A DNA stretch of 64,000 bases from Setoptus koraiensis (taxonomy: Eukaryota; Animalia; Arthropoda). Made by a program: the position numbers and the translations under genes. Of this stretch, positions 14,168 to 24,222 are shown one piece after another (position 1 is the stretch's first letter; each line of letters begins with the position of its first letter). The stretch lies in NCBI GenBank assembly GCA_048013815.1, contig CM106586.1:7502001-7566000 (forward strand), in the 5' to 3' direction. The notes beneath the pieces were generated by a model. It saw nothing but the letters and a program-made list of their open reading frames with translations. It ran no database searches and had not been told where the DNA came from.

Positions 14168-15460
14168 ATGAGACTAGATAATGCTGATGACATTTTATCC
14201 ATATCTATGAGTCATCCAATGCAACAGCATATTCATAAACATTTGGAATTTGATTTAAATCCATGTAGTGATCCGTTTGATATTAATGACGACATCGAGC
14301 AACAACACCAGCAACTTAGAAGCACCAGACTCAATTACGGGAGCCATAGATCACAAACTCTGCCAGTGTCGCTCACACCGTCGCCAACGTCGCCACCCAT
14401 TTACGACAGGCGCATAGATTTACAGAATGTGCCTGGGCATGCGTTGAATTTGCACCAACAACAACAGCAACAGCAACAACAACAACAGGATATAAGCCAG
14501 CAGCAGCAGCAACAACACAACAATGTTGGCGATCACAATTCGTCGCCTCAATCAGCCGTTCCTATAAATTATCAACAGCAACAACAGCAGCAGCAGCAGC
14601 AAGCTAGGCCACATCCCGTTAGCCAGTCTAACAGCTCACCCCTTCGACCGTCCCTAAATCATGAGCAAAATCAGCAATTACCATCCTTAACAGCGGCGCC
14701 AATATCCGGTCCAAGTTTGGCAAGTGGATCGCCAGCGGCAACCTTACAGCATCACCATCATCGTAGTTATCACAGCTCGTCGCATCATCATCATCACCAC
14801 CAGCAACAACCACTGGTAGCGTACAACAGTTGTGGTAATGTCAAAAATGCAAACAACAACAGCAACAACAACAACAACACAAACAACAAACAAATGGGCA
14901 AAGCGGCACCTGTCGGCGCAGATCAACAAGCCGTAGGGTCCCAGCAACAATATCAGCAGTATCATCACCGGCACCATCGACCAAATCAATCTGTGAATCT
15001 TGCCAAAGACAAGGAGCTTATTTACGGGCAACAACAACAACAACAACAAACTACCACCTCACCATATGATAATAAGCTCACTGATATGCCCAGTACTTAC
15101 ACTGTTACGCCCAATACAATAAGTGATGCCAATATAGGCCTTGTTGCTAGCAGTAACAAACTAACCAATCAAGACCATTCATCTCAAGCTGCTCAAGCCC
15201 CCACAACCGGAAGCACCGGCAACGTTGACAGAGGATGGACGGATATTAGTTTAGCTGCTAATAATAACAACAACAACAATAATAGTAATAATGTTAATTG
15301 TTCAAATAACCAAAGTTTTCTAAAAAACAGCACAGCGGTCTCATTCAAGCCGCATAGGACCTCGCCCTGGATGCGTATCTCAAAAATTGTTTTAACACCA
15401 ATCGGTATAGTGGTTATCTTGTTTATAGTTCTCTCTCCTCTCTTCCATTATATGATGTAG
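14168..15460 (+). CDS. Uncharacterised intronless 430-aa Q/N/H/S-rich protein with a single C-terminal hydrophobic helix (probable tail-anchored membrane protein)
   Basis: Long ATG-TAG ORF in AT-rich DNA, poly-Q/N/H tracts like neighbouring genes, ends ...SPWMRISKIVLTPIGIVVILFIVLSPLFHYMM*; possible 5'UTR acceptor (GCACAG) near 14145. Confidence 0.85.
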   Translation: MRLDNADDILSISMSHPMQQHIHKHLEFDLNPCSDPFDINDDIEQQHQQLRSTRLNYGSHRSQTLPVSLTPSPTSPPIYDRRIDLQNVPGHALNLHQQQQQQQQQQQDISQQQQQQHNNVGDHNSSPQSAVPINYQQQQQQQQQQARPHPVSQSNSSPLRPSLNHEQNQQLPSLTAAPISGPSLASGSPAATLQHHHHRSYHSSSHHHHHHQQQPLVAYNSCGNVKNANNNSNNNNNTNNKQMGKAAPVGADQQAVGSQQQYQQYHHRHHRPNQSVNLAKDKELIYGQQQQQQQTTTSPYDNKLTDMPSTYTVTPNTISDANIGLVASSNKLTNQDHSSQAAQAPTTGSTGNVDRGWTDISLAANNNNNNNNSNNVNCSNNQSFLKNSTAVSFKPHRTSPWMRISKIVLTPIGIVVILFIVLSPLFHYMM

Positions 15461-16236
15461 CTACAATTAGAAACTACAACAACTACTTATTGTTCTATAT
15501 AACAATAGACGATATATAGAGATAATGTATTATTATTACTATTAAACTGGTGGGATATAATCCCCCTTCTTATATACAAAATCATAGTTGTTGAAAGTTA
15601 GTCACTACCATTATCTAACTACCTGGCTATCTGTGCGTCACCGAGACAGATAACTAGCCGCCAATCTAATATATTAAATTAATTTTCATAGAGGTATCGA
15701 TGGGTTCTCCATAACTGGTCGCATCATCTCTATTTGGAGACGTAAAGACTCTTTACTAAAGAGGAAAAAAGAACAGAAACTGAGGCGACCGATCCAGTGA
15801 GAAGGATTCTCGATAAAAAAAATGGCGTCCAAACTGTGGGACCTGATACTGATTTCGAGTATTGATCCCACATGGGCTAGGCCCGAACACCCTGATTGAT
15901 GTCAAAATAATTGGACGAACGACGACCCATTTTTCTCGGTGACATCTACCAGAGACAGAGGAAGTAGACAACAACAACGGCTCCATCAGACTATGGCCTG
16001 CTGAGGGTAAATCTTCACGATTTGGCTGCCAGGCAACCATCGTGAGAGAGGAACACGACTTCTTGATTTCACGACCAAGAAGATAAATAAGCTGATAAGA
16101 TCAGTGGAGGATAGGAAGAAAAGGAAATGAAGAGACGGCCCCAAAAAATGGCATCATGCCATGGGTTCAGGCTGATTTGTATGTCGTAAAATTAGCGCCC
16201 AACTCTGGGAACTATGAGCTATCTGCGTGCCATCGT

Positions 16237-17013
16237 TTATTTAAATATTTTTCCCTGGTTGTACGTAAGCCCATTATATGTGCCCTCGCGTCTAAAGAAG
16301 GTATCGACCAATTTCTTTGTTTCTGGGTCTTTGGGGTCCAATTTTTTCCAGGAGTACACTTCGTAGTCTACTTGCCAGTCCTCTGACAATTCGAAGGCCA
16401 GGCCTTGTCCTCGCCAGACCCAAACGCCGGCAATGGCATTTTTGTGGTCCTCACCAAACACACACATGGAGGCGAAGGCCGCCTTTCGCATCTTATCTAA
16501 ACGCTGATACATACCGGAGACCAGATTGCAACTTTGAAAAAGTAGGCCCAATTCGTCATTGTATTTGTAGTCACACAACCAGATTGAGTAATGCTCTGTG
16601 TCGAGTTTCTCCCAGAAATAAGGAATTGATTCATCTTCTGGAAAGTTGGAGAATTTGCGTTTGAAATCATCAAAGTCAAAATTTCCTTTTGGCAACACGG
16701 CAAATGGGTCCTTGGGCTTCTTTTCGGCGGCCTCAATTTGATCTAACAAGTCGGCGGCCGATGTTTCTTGTGGTTGTTTCGGTTGCTCGGGCTTCTTCTC
16801 AACTGCTTTTGGCTTCACGCAACAAGAGGGCGAGTCCTTGTCCTTGTAGCCTGGCTGGTTGATGACGGTCTTGTAATATCGCTGCAGATTTACGAATCCG
16901 GTCAATTGCTTCTCTTTGTCGGCCAACAGTGTGCCAAGCAAACAGTCGACGGGACTTAGGCGCTCGCCCACTGCGAAGGTGTGTGATTCAAAAAATTTGT
17001 CTGCTCCCTCCAT
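16237..17013 (-). CDS. EEF1G: Elongation factor 1-gamma (eEF1B-gamma), 258 aa: end of GST-C, K/P/E linker and complete EF1G C-terminal domain; N-terminal GST domain absent
   Basis: Motifs TFAVGERLSPVD, KPKDPFAVLPKGNFDFDDFKRKFSN, YFWEKLD, SIWLCDYKY, FQSCNLVSGMYQRLDKMRK, GVWVWRGQGLAFELSEDWQVDYEVYSWKKLD, GKIFK*. First ATG at 17013 (AAACCATGG); the ORF-track start at 17025 is TTG. AATAAA overlaps the stop (16236-16241). Confidence 0.95.
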   Translation of the reverse strand: MEGADKFFESHTFAVGERLSPVDCLLGTLLADKEKQLTGFVNLQRYYKTVINQPGYKDKDSPSCCVKPKAVEKKPEQPKQPQETSAADLLDQIEAAEKKPKDPFAVLPKGNFDFDDFKRKFSNFPEDESIPYFWEKLDTEHYSIWLCDYKYNDELGLLFQSCNLVSGMYQRLDKMRKAAFASMCVFGEDHKNAIAGVWVWRGQGLAFELSEDWQVDYEVYSWKKLDPKDPETKKLVDTFFRREGTYNGLTYNQGKIFK

Positions 17014-17018
17014 GGTTT

Positions 17019-17255
17019 CTGACAATAAATTCTAATAATAGGTTACAATAAATTCTAATAGTGGGTTACAATAATAATAATAATAATGATAATGTGATAA
17101 ATGAATCGGATATTTAATTAAGTTTGGTACTTTATGTAACGATGACTTGCCACGACATGTGTCTCTACAGTGAATGATGGCTGATAGCTGGCCGAATGCC
17201 GACGGAAGGATTGTTCGCACATGCGCCAATAGCATAAGCGCGCAATTTAAATTAC
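17019..17255 (-). other. Probable 5'UTR intron of EF1-gamma
   Basis: Donor CAGAG|GTAATT at 17255 and acceptor TTTATTGTCAG|AAACCATG at 17019; AT-rich body with a duplicated 16-mer; no usable ATG in the upstream exon. Confidence 0.5.
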
Positions 17256-17494
17256 CTCTGGCCCTCTGGTGGTCGATAGATGAACTAAATTTCAGATATT
17301 TCAAATAACGCGCTCAAGCTATTACCGCATGTGTAAACAATCGCTCACGTGTGGACAGTTATTTTATTGGAGATTATTATTGTTGTGTTATTTTGCTCCT
17401 CATTTTGATCCATTTTGCCAATCGATATCAAATAAATAATCAATTTATCATCATCGATACCACCGTCGCTGCAGCGATACTCGCCATAAATACC
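17256..17494. promoter_or_regulatory. Probable bidirectional promoter region between head-to-head EF1-gamma and NHP2
   Basis: Only 481 bp separate the two ATGs; E-box CACGTG 17346-17351; DRE-like ATCGATA at 17441 and near 17453; CTCF-like CCACCAGAGGGC on the minus strand at 17261-17272. Motif function is inference. Confidence 0.55.
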
Positions 17495-17881
17495 ATGGAG
17501 GATCAAGTGCCAGAAGCGAACGCGATTGCAAAGCCCATGGCCGACAGGAAACTCACTAAGAGACTACTCAAATTGATCGCATTGTCATCCAAGGAAAAGG
17601 ACCAGTTACGGCGAGGTCTAAAGGACGTGCAGACAAGGATCAGGAAGGGCGAAACGGGCATTTGTATACTGGCCGGCGACGTGGACCCCATCGATGTCTA
17701 TTGTCACCTGCCAGCGGTTTGTGAAGATAAAAATATTCCCTACTGTTTCGTTCCACAAAAAAGAAGCATCGCCGATGCGTTGGGCGCTAAAAGGCCTTGC
17801 ATCGTTGCCCTGGTTCGACCAATGGAGGACGAGCTATACGCAAAGTGTCACCTAAAACTATCAGCCCTGTCGAGCAAATAA
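17495..17881 (+). CDS. NHP2: H/ACA ribonucleoprotein complex subunit 2 (NHP2, L7Ae family), 128 aa, intronless
   Basis: IAKPMADRKLTKRLLKLI...LRRGLKDVQTRIRKGETGICILAGDVDPIDVYCHLPAVCEDKNIPYCFVP...GAKRP matches NHP2; true ATG at 17495 (ORF track starts at an upstream GTG). Confidence 0.95.
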   Translation: MEDQVPEANAIAKPMADRKLTKRLLKLIALSSKEKDQLRRGLKDVQTRIRKGETGICILAGDVDPIDVYCHLPAVCEDKNIPYCFVPQKRSIADALGAKRPCIVALVRPMEDELYAKCHLKLSALSSK

Positions 17882-17953
17882 TAACCCATCATGTAGACTC
17901 AATTTTCAATTCAATCGTTTGAATTCATTTATTAACTATCAGGCTGATGATCA

Positions 17954-20253
17954 TCATTCGGTAACATCGTATATAAGAGAGGTGTGATAGTGATTTATAT
18001 GTTGCTGTTGTTGTTGCTGCTGCTGTTGTTGAAGTTGTAGGTGTTGTTGATTATCCATCTTGCCAAACGTCTTGTTTGTGGTTGGTTTGTTCATGACAAT
18101 GTCATTCACAGTCAATGTACTATACGGTATTGGTGGCAAACTTCGCTGTTGAGCTCTGGCAATTGTTGATTGCCTAATCTGTTGTTGTTGCTGCTGTTGC
18201 AATATATTTTGATTGACCTGATGGTCTATGTGTTGGTATCTATTGGATGGATGGTTCAATGTGGCAGTTTCGCCGAACAGGTTGCTATTAAGAACATTGG
18301 TGTGTATATTGTTGTTACTGTTTGCTTGGGCAGTAGTGATATGACTGTTTGTCTGATGATTGTTTTGGGCACTGCTGTTGTTCACTATGACACTATCCTC
18401 AAAATCTATGAATCGCTTAACAGAATAACCCGATTGCATGGTATTGCTAGCCGGTGTCCAGGAGCTGGGATAGGACGACGACGAATGGAATGCCCTATGT
18501 ATGCGCCTGGCGCACGCTATAGTTGCCATCGCGACAACAATTATCACAATCAAACCGGAAGCACCAAAGAACACATAAATATACTGTTGTCTATTGATTT
18601 CCGAGGGCGACATTGTTTGGATTGTATTGTCCAATTGGTGGCCAACCACATTGAGGCCCTCCTTCAGCAGTTGATTATTGGTGTCGGTCTTGAAGACAAC
18701 AATATTGCTGGGATCACCAAATCCGTAATCATTCACCGCCACTATATAGGACCTGTAGGTGCTGCCAGGCGACAGATTTGTCTGTTGATATTCATTCTTA
18801 AAATTGCTTGTGTCGCTATTGGTGGACATGAGCTGGCCGCCCGCTGTCTCAACGGAACTGTCCAGCATCAGTTGGCCATTTTCATCGTTTCGGTGACTTA
18901 TGGTCACCTCGGACCAATTTGGATCGCCACCCACCATCTGAAAATAGATTATGTGCCTGCGGATTGGACCGGCAACAATTGCAAAATTGTTGTTGTTGTT
19001 GTTGTTATTACTGTTACTGTTGACGTTGCCATGATGATGCTGATTTGGGTAGGTCCAACGCAACGTGACCCCAGTGGAGGTTACCTTGTGAGCGTATAGA
19101 GTGGGAGCCGGCGGCAATTGTTTGCCCTCACTAGTCATGGCATGAACAACGTGCGACTCGGGCCCCGAGCCGGCCCTATTGAACGCCTTCACCGTTATTT
19201 GGTATTCTTGTCCGCGGCGTAAATTATACAAGAATGTATCATAATGTATGACATTTTTAACAAAATCCACCGTCTTGAACGAATAAATAACCTGAGCCAT
19301 AGTGTGCTGTAAGGCAACGTTTGCGACGGGCGACAGTAGATCGGCGTCGCCTCTGCTATCAATTTTGTTGAGATCCAAAATGGAGGCCATAGGCGATTGC
19401 GATTGGCTCATATATCTGGGCCGGTGGCCAACGTAAAAGCCCAACAATCGTCCATTCCAGGTCTCTATCGGGGGTATCTTCCATGAGACGCGCAGCGTTG
19501 TCGGGCCTAGCGTCTCAACGGCCACATCGTTTGGGGGCGCCGAGGGCTCCTCTTCGGTGGTGGTGAATATGACACTGTCTGAGGCGTCACTTTTGCCCAC
19601 AAGATTGTAAGCAATCACAGAGCATTCATAGGTGACAGATGGGTACAAATTGGGTATTAAGGCCGCCGTTTGCAGTCCATCTATAACAAGTTCTTCTCTT
19701 CGGTGATTTTGCGATTGTCCAACACCGTTATGTTGTTGTTGTTGGTTAGTTAGCTTGACGTTTGTTGCGTTGGCTGAGTCGTCCGAATCGCGATCTTGGT
19801 GAAAATTGTTCCAATTGAAACCTTTGCGCCAATATTGAATGGTATAATTTGTGATGCGACTGTTGCCGCCGAATGGGGCCGACCAAACAAGCGACGCGCT
19901 CCTGGACCAGACGTCTTTCGCTTGCAAATTGAGCGGCTTACTTGGTACGCCAACAATGACCAATTTTGTTAATTTTTCACTCTTGCCATGATCGTTTTGA
20001 GCCTGACATTTGTAAAGAATGCCATCCTCGCGTTGAATGGACCTAATAATCATGAAAGAATTAACACCGTGCTCAGTGGTGGCCTCATAAATGTCGTAGC
20101 CGTCTGTGCCGTGTTTATCTAGCGTTTTGTTGTCGCCCTCCTTGAACCATTCCACAATCATGGGCAAATCGCCCGTTGCGTTGCATTCCAGCCTGACGCT
20201 ATCGCCGCTCCTCACCTGTATAACTGTGAATTTTTCATCGAATTTTGCTGGCA
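17954..20253 (-). CDS. Dscam: Shortened Dscam (sDscam-type) constant-region exon: Ig (Dscam Ig9-like) + 3 FN3 + TM + Q/N-rich tail; 5' exons not identified
   Basis: VPAKFDEKF...LECNATGDLPMIVEW...YKCQAQNDHG; VPSKPLNLQAKDVWSRSASLVW; EEEPSAPPNDVAVETLGPTTLRVSW...WNGRLLGFYVG; PPAPTLYAHKVTSTGVTLRW (FN5-like); TM YIYVFFGASGLIVIIVVAMATIAC; PPIPYSTL; ends IYDVTE*. Starts at phase-1 acceptor AAATCATAG|TG; AATAAA at 17928-17933. Confidence 0.9.
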
Positions 20254-22116
20254 CTATGATTTATGATATGTTAATTAATGTTAGGGTAATTGTTAATTAC
20301 AGGAAATAGACACAATAGGTAATGTTAATGGCAATTGTGTGGCCACCAATTGGTGTGCGCACGACGGATGGAGTATTGAGTTATGTTATCATGTTATTAT
20401 GTGTTATTGTTAGCGGGAGTATACGATTAGTCAATTGGTGATAGTTAAATTAACGATAGGGGTTAGGTTAGCGAGAGAAGATTAATTAATTAATTAATTT
20501 GATTAATTTTAGTGTGCAATGGTCACAATGGTGATGACCATGATGATCTGTATATAATTTGGTCGGAATGGGTGCGAGGCTAGCGGAAAGGGGGACGGTC
20601 ATGTCGGGAAGTGTCATGTCATTGGTCCGGCAATTGGTGGTCTGTTTGGTGTCGCGAATGGTCAGTTTTACATGATTTTCTCTTCGTATTTTTTTTTTCT
20701 CTCTAACGATATCTCCCTCGTTCGGGGATACAATCGTTATTACAGTGGTCTTGATTATGCATTCAATATTATATTAAATTAATGAGCATCATGTGCAAGT
20801 CTGGCGACAAACAAATTTATTTGGTTGTGAAAGGGGGCGCTATATCGTTATATCACAGTGTCACACAGTGGCGACGCGCACACTTGCACAACCATCTATA
20901 GATTTGCTTGTCTCGATCGCTTGCCACAATTGCTTTCAATCTATTCTTTGTTTTTGTTTTTTGATAATCATTTTTCTTTCCGATGATAGAATATTCGCTA
21001 AAACAATATTCTCTGCTGAGCGCATATTTGCAAATATGCATTTATTAGAAAATATTCTATTCTAATATTATAATATTGAAATATCCGATATCTGTCTATC
21101 CACGGTGACAGGTACGAATGCCAGCGAATGGCCACTCGAACTTGGCTAGAGCTCAGTCGCGCGCACGGGCCCCACAGCAGTGCGAGCAGACGGGCGGCCG
21201 AGAAGAGGCCCGACGAAGTGGAGAGCTAATTATGTATTGCTGATACACGCACCTAGCCACGGAGCTAGCTAGACGCGCCATTCTACAAATGCGCCTCTCG
21301 CTTCGTTTGACCTAGTTTGCCACTGTTGGCAGTTGGCGCGCCACGAGCAAGCACAAGCGGCCGCAGTGCAGTGGGGCCCCAGCCAGAGCGCTACCCAGAA
21401 GCGCGCAAAGTGTCTTGACAATGTTGTGAGCGAAGATGGCGCACGCTCAGCGCCCCTATGTCACGAGCTTCGCGTCGCTTGCCACAGCACAGTTTAAACT
21501 TTTGGCGCCAATTGTCCGCCGGCGGCTCGTTGGGTCGATGTTGGCGGATATTGTTTGCATTTTGCGACCCACGAACCGACCCGAGCGGCCGCGTCGACCG
21601 CAACAAATGCGGAAACCGAGCGGCCGCTAGCCGGCCACCAATCCGTTCACTAATTACTAATTAGTCATTAGTGAGCTCGTTGCTGGCTGTCGTGGCTAGC
21701 GACAAATTGGCCATGGACGCTGTCAGTGAATCAGACTCAATTATTTAAATTATTGTTTGTTATTATTGTGATTATCGTGCGACACTGCATTTGATGCAGT
21801 GTCTACGCAGTGTTTAATAGTGTCATAATGGTGTCACAACAGTGTTATAATGGTAGGTTAGATTCGGCACGGGGGCGCTCGTTGCGAATTTGTATTGAGA
21901 AGAGAAAAAACAACAAACAGGAAACATAACAGTGTTGTTGTTGTTGTGCGCCACACAGTGGCAGAATGGGGCGACAACAAACGGGTTGACATTATTACAT
22001 AATTACATAATAAAAATAGATGCGACGAGCAATAACACACTTGATTAACGCGCTATTATTAATTACGCAACAACAATTACGTATTACAAATACGAATCTC
22101 GGATATCACTTTTGTG

Positions 22117-23975
22117 TTATTTTGGCCTCGCGTTGTTTTGGCCGGCTGATTGGGCGCCAGTTGGGGGCGCTGTGGTCGCGCTGTGGTCCTCGAATAACGG
22201 TGGCGTGCATCGGTGGCCGCACGCCGGCAGCTCGTTGGGCGCCGCCTGCTGGCGATATATGGGATGATGATAGTTGCTGGATACATGTGACGAGGTACTC
22301 GAGGCCGCCGACGACAGGGTGAGATTTTTAACTGAGCAATTGTGTGCCGAAACGTGCAATTGGCGCGCACCGGGGCCCAGTCTGGGGCCCAGGGGCAGTG
22401 TGACAAGTGACGCTTGTTGCGTGGACACCGTGGACAGCGCCGACGACGACCAACAATCGTCGTCGTGGTTGCTGGCGGCCTCGTGTCTTGTGGCGCCCCT
22501 CGGACACGAGTGACAGTGGTGGCCGCCGGTGAGTAGACCGGCCACGGCCGGCGAGCCGGCCCGATCATTTATCGAAGTCGCTGTTGCGCCGCGCTTGTCG
22601 CTGGTTCGGCGCCGATTCGGGCCGGCTCCGTTGGCGGTCGGGGGCCTGGGCATGGACAGGAAGCCGTGATCGTCGTCGTCGTCGTCGTCTTGGTCGGGCC
22701 GGTTGTGTCCGTGCGCCGAAGACGCGTAGTGGGCGTAAGTGGCCGCGACCGGCGAGTAGTCGCGCCCACAATGGTGATGATGGTGCTGGGCACAACTGCT
22801 AAATCGTTCAACTAAATCGTTGTGATCAATCATTATTATGGATGAATTATCGTGTTTCGTGAGCCGGTCACCCGAGCCCGAGCGCGGGCCGGAGACACCC
22901 GATCTCTGGCGACAGTTTTCACAGGTTAATTGTGTGGCCACAAGTGCGGTGGTGGCGTCGCCGGCGACGGCGGGCAGCTCGTGCTCGCTCGCGAACCCAC
23001 GACCGTCCCTCGTTCTCACTATTGTTCGCAGCGCAATGTGCTGCTGATATGTTGTGTGATTGCGCGCTGATTGGGGGGGCCCAGTCTTGGCCGGGCCGGC
23101 CGACGCCATTGAGCTGTTGTAGCGGGTCAAGTTGGTCGACGGGCCGGTCGTGTCGCGACAGCCCACGGGCGACAACAGCAGCGCATCCTCGGGCACGCAA
23201 CAACTGGAGCGCGTGCCCTCCGACTGGCAGTCCATGGATATGGAGCTCGGGCGCGACGACCCGACGCGGCTGCACGCGCTCACTTTGCTTGCCACGTCCG
23301 AGCAATGATGACTCAGTTGGCGCGTGTCCGCAAATTCTGTCCGGCCCGTTAGGCGCCCGTATTCCGTCGGCGGACCGTTTGAGCTGGCCGCGTCCTTCGA
23401 GCTGAGCGTTCCCGAGGCCGTGTCCGAGATGCTGCTGGCCGCGGGCCGGCCGTTTCCGCTGGCGCTGTCGGCGCCGGCCCGCAACAAAAATTGGCTCGCC
23501 TCGTCGGGATCCGGCGACGGGCGCCGGTTGTGCGCTTGCATGGTCGGGTCTTCGTCCTTGTCGTCTATTCCGCTGTCGCTGTTATTACTTCGTTTGAGAG
23601 TTGTTTTGGCGCCCTTGGCGGGCGGGCTCGGGCTGCCGGCGGCCGGGTCAGTTTGCATATCGGCTGGTTTGTCGTCGTCGTCGGTGGCGCCGGCGGCGTC
23701 CCGTTCCTTGCGGTCGTCGCCGTCCTCAAATTTGCTGTCCGTCACCCGGCTGATGTAAATACCGATGGAGCCCACTATGAGCAGGCTGATGGCGGCGTGC
23801 GGTTGCACCAGCAGCTTTGTCCAGGCCAAAAATATGAGCAGCGCCACAAAGGTGGCATAAACGCGATCCTTGGATATCCGCTCGTGAATCGAGGGCGACG
23901 AGTTGGTTTGCGAGGCCAGGTCCAGGCTGAGGCCCTGGCTGTAGTCGTTCTGGAACGTGGACGAGCGCTTCTCGC
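22117..23975 (-). CDS. dpr: Dpr-family gene, last exon: GEKRSS... post-Ig linker, double hydrophobic segment, then about 540-aa low-complexity extension
   Basis: Acceptor CCCATTCAG|GC at 23975 is phase 1 and gives HVLE-G-EKRSS, like the typical Dpr HVL.GE junction; frame open for 619 codons to the stop at 22117. Confidence 0.75.
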
Positions 23976-24044
23976 CTGAATGGGCGACACGCGGCGGGAT
24001 GTTTAGTAAGGGAGACGGCAGATGGGAGACGGGTGATGGGTGAT

Positions 24045-24135
24045 GGGAGACATTCAACAGATTGGATGGTGAGTCAATTTTGGGAGATGCAACAGATTGG
24101 ATGGTGAGTCAATTTTGGGAGACATTCAACAGATT
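24045..24135. repeat. About 35-bp tandem duplication inside the Dpr intron
   Basis: CAACAGATTGGATGGTGAGTCAATTTTGGGAGA occurs twice, head to tail. Confidence 0.9.
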
Positions 24136-24222
24136 CATCAACGTGACACGACAATGTCGCGACGCCAACACAACGTTATGATGTAATTATGACGTAATGA
24201 ACGAGATAATTGTGATACGTAC

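Noticed and set aside
17351-17494. 48-aa hydrophobic N-terminal extension of NHP2 in the ORF track
   Set aside because: Starts at GTG in AT-rich promoter/UTR sequence; NHP2 similarity begins after the ATG at 17495.
18170-19099. 309-aa plus-strand ORF
   Set aside because: Antisense shadow of the Dscam exon; its Leu/Val runs are reverse complements of CAA/AAC codons.
21858-21992. MSTRLL...LLCFLFVVFSLL as the missing signal-peptide exon of Dscam
   Set aside because: Ends in a stop with no good phase-1 donor and lies in the likely Dpr 3'UTR.
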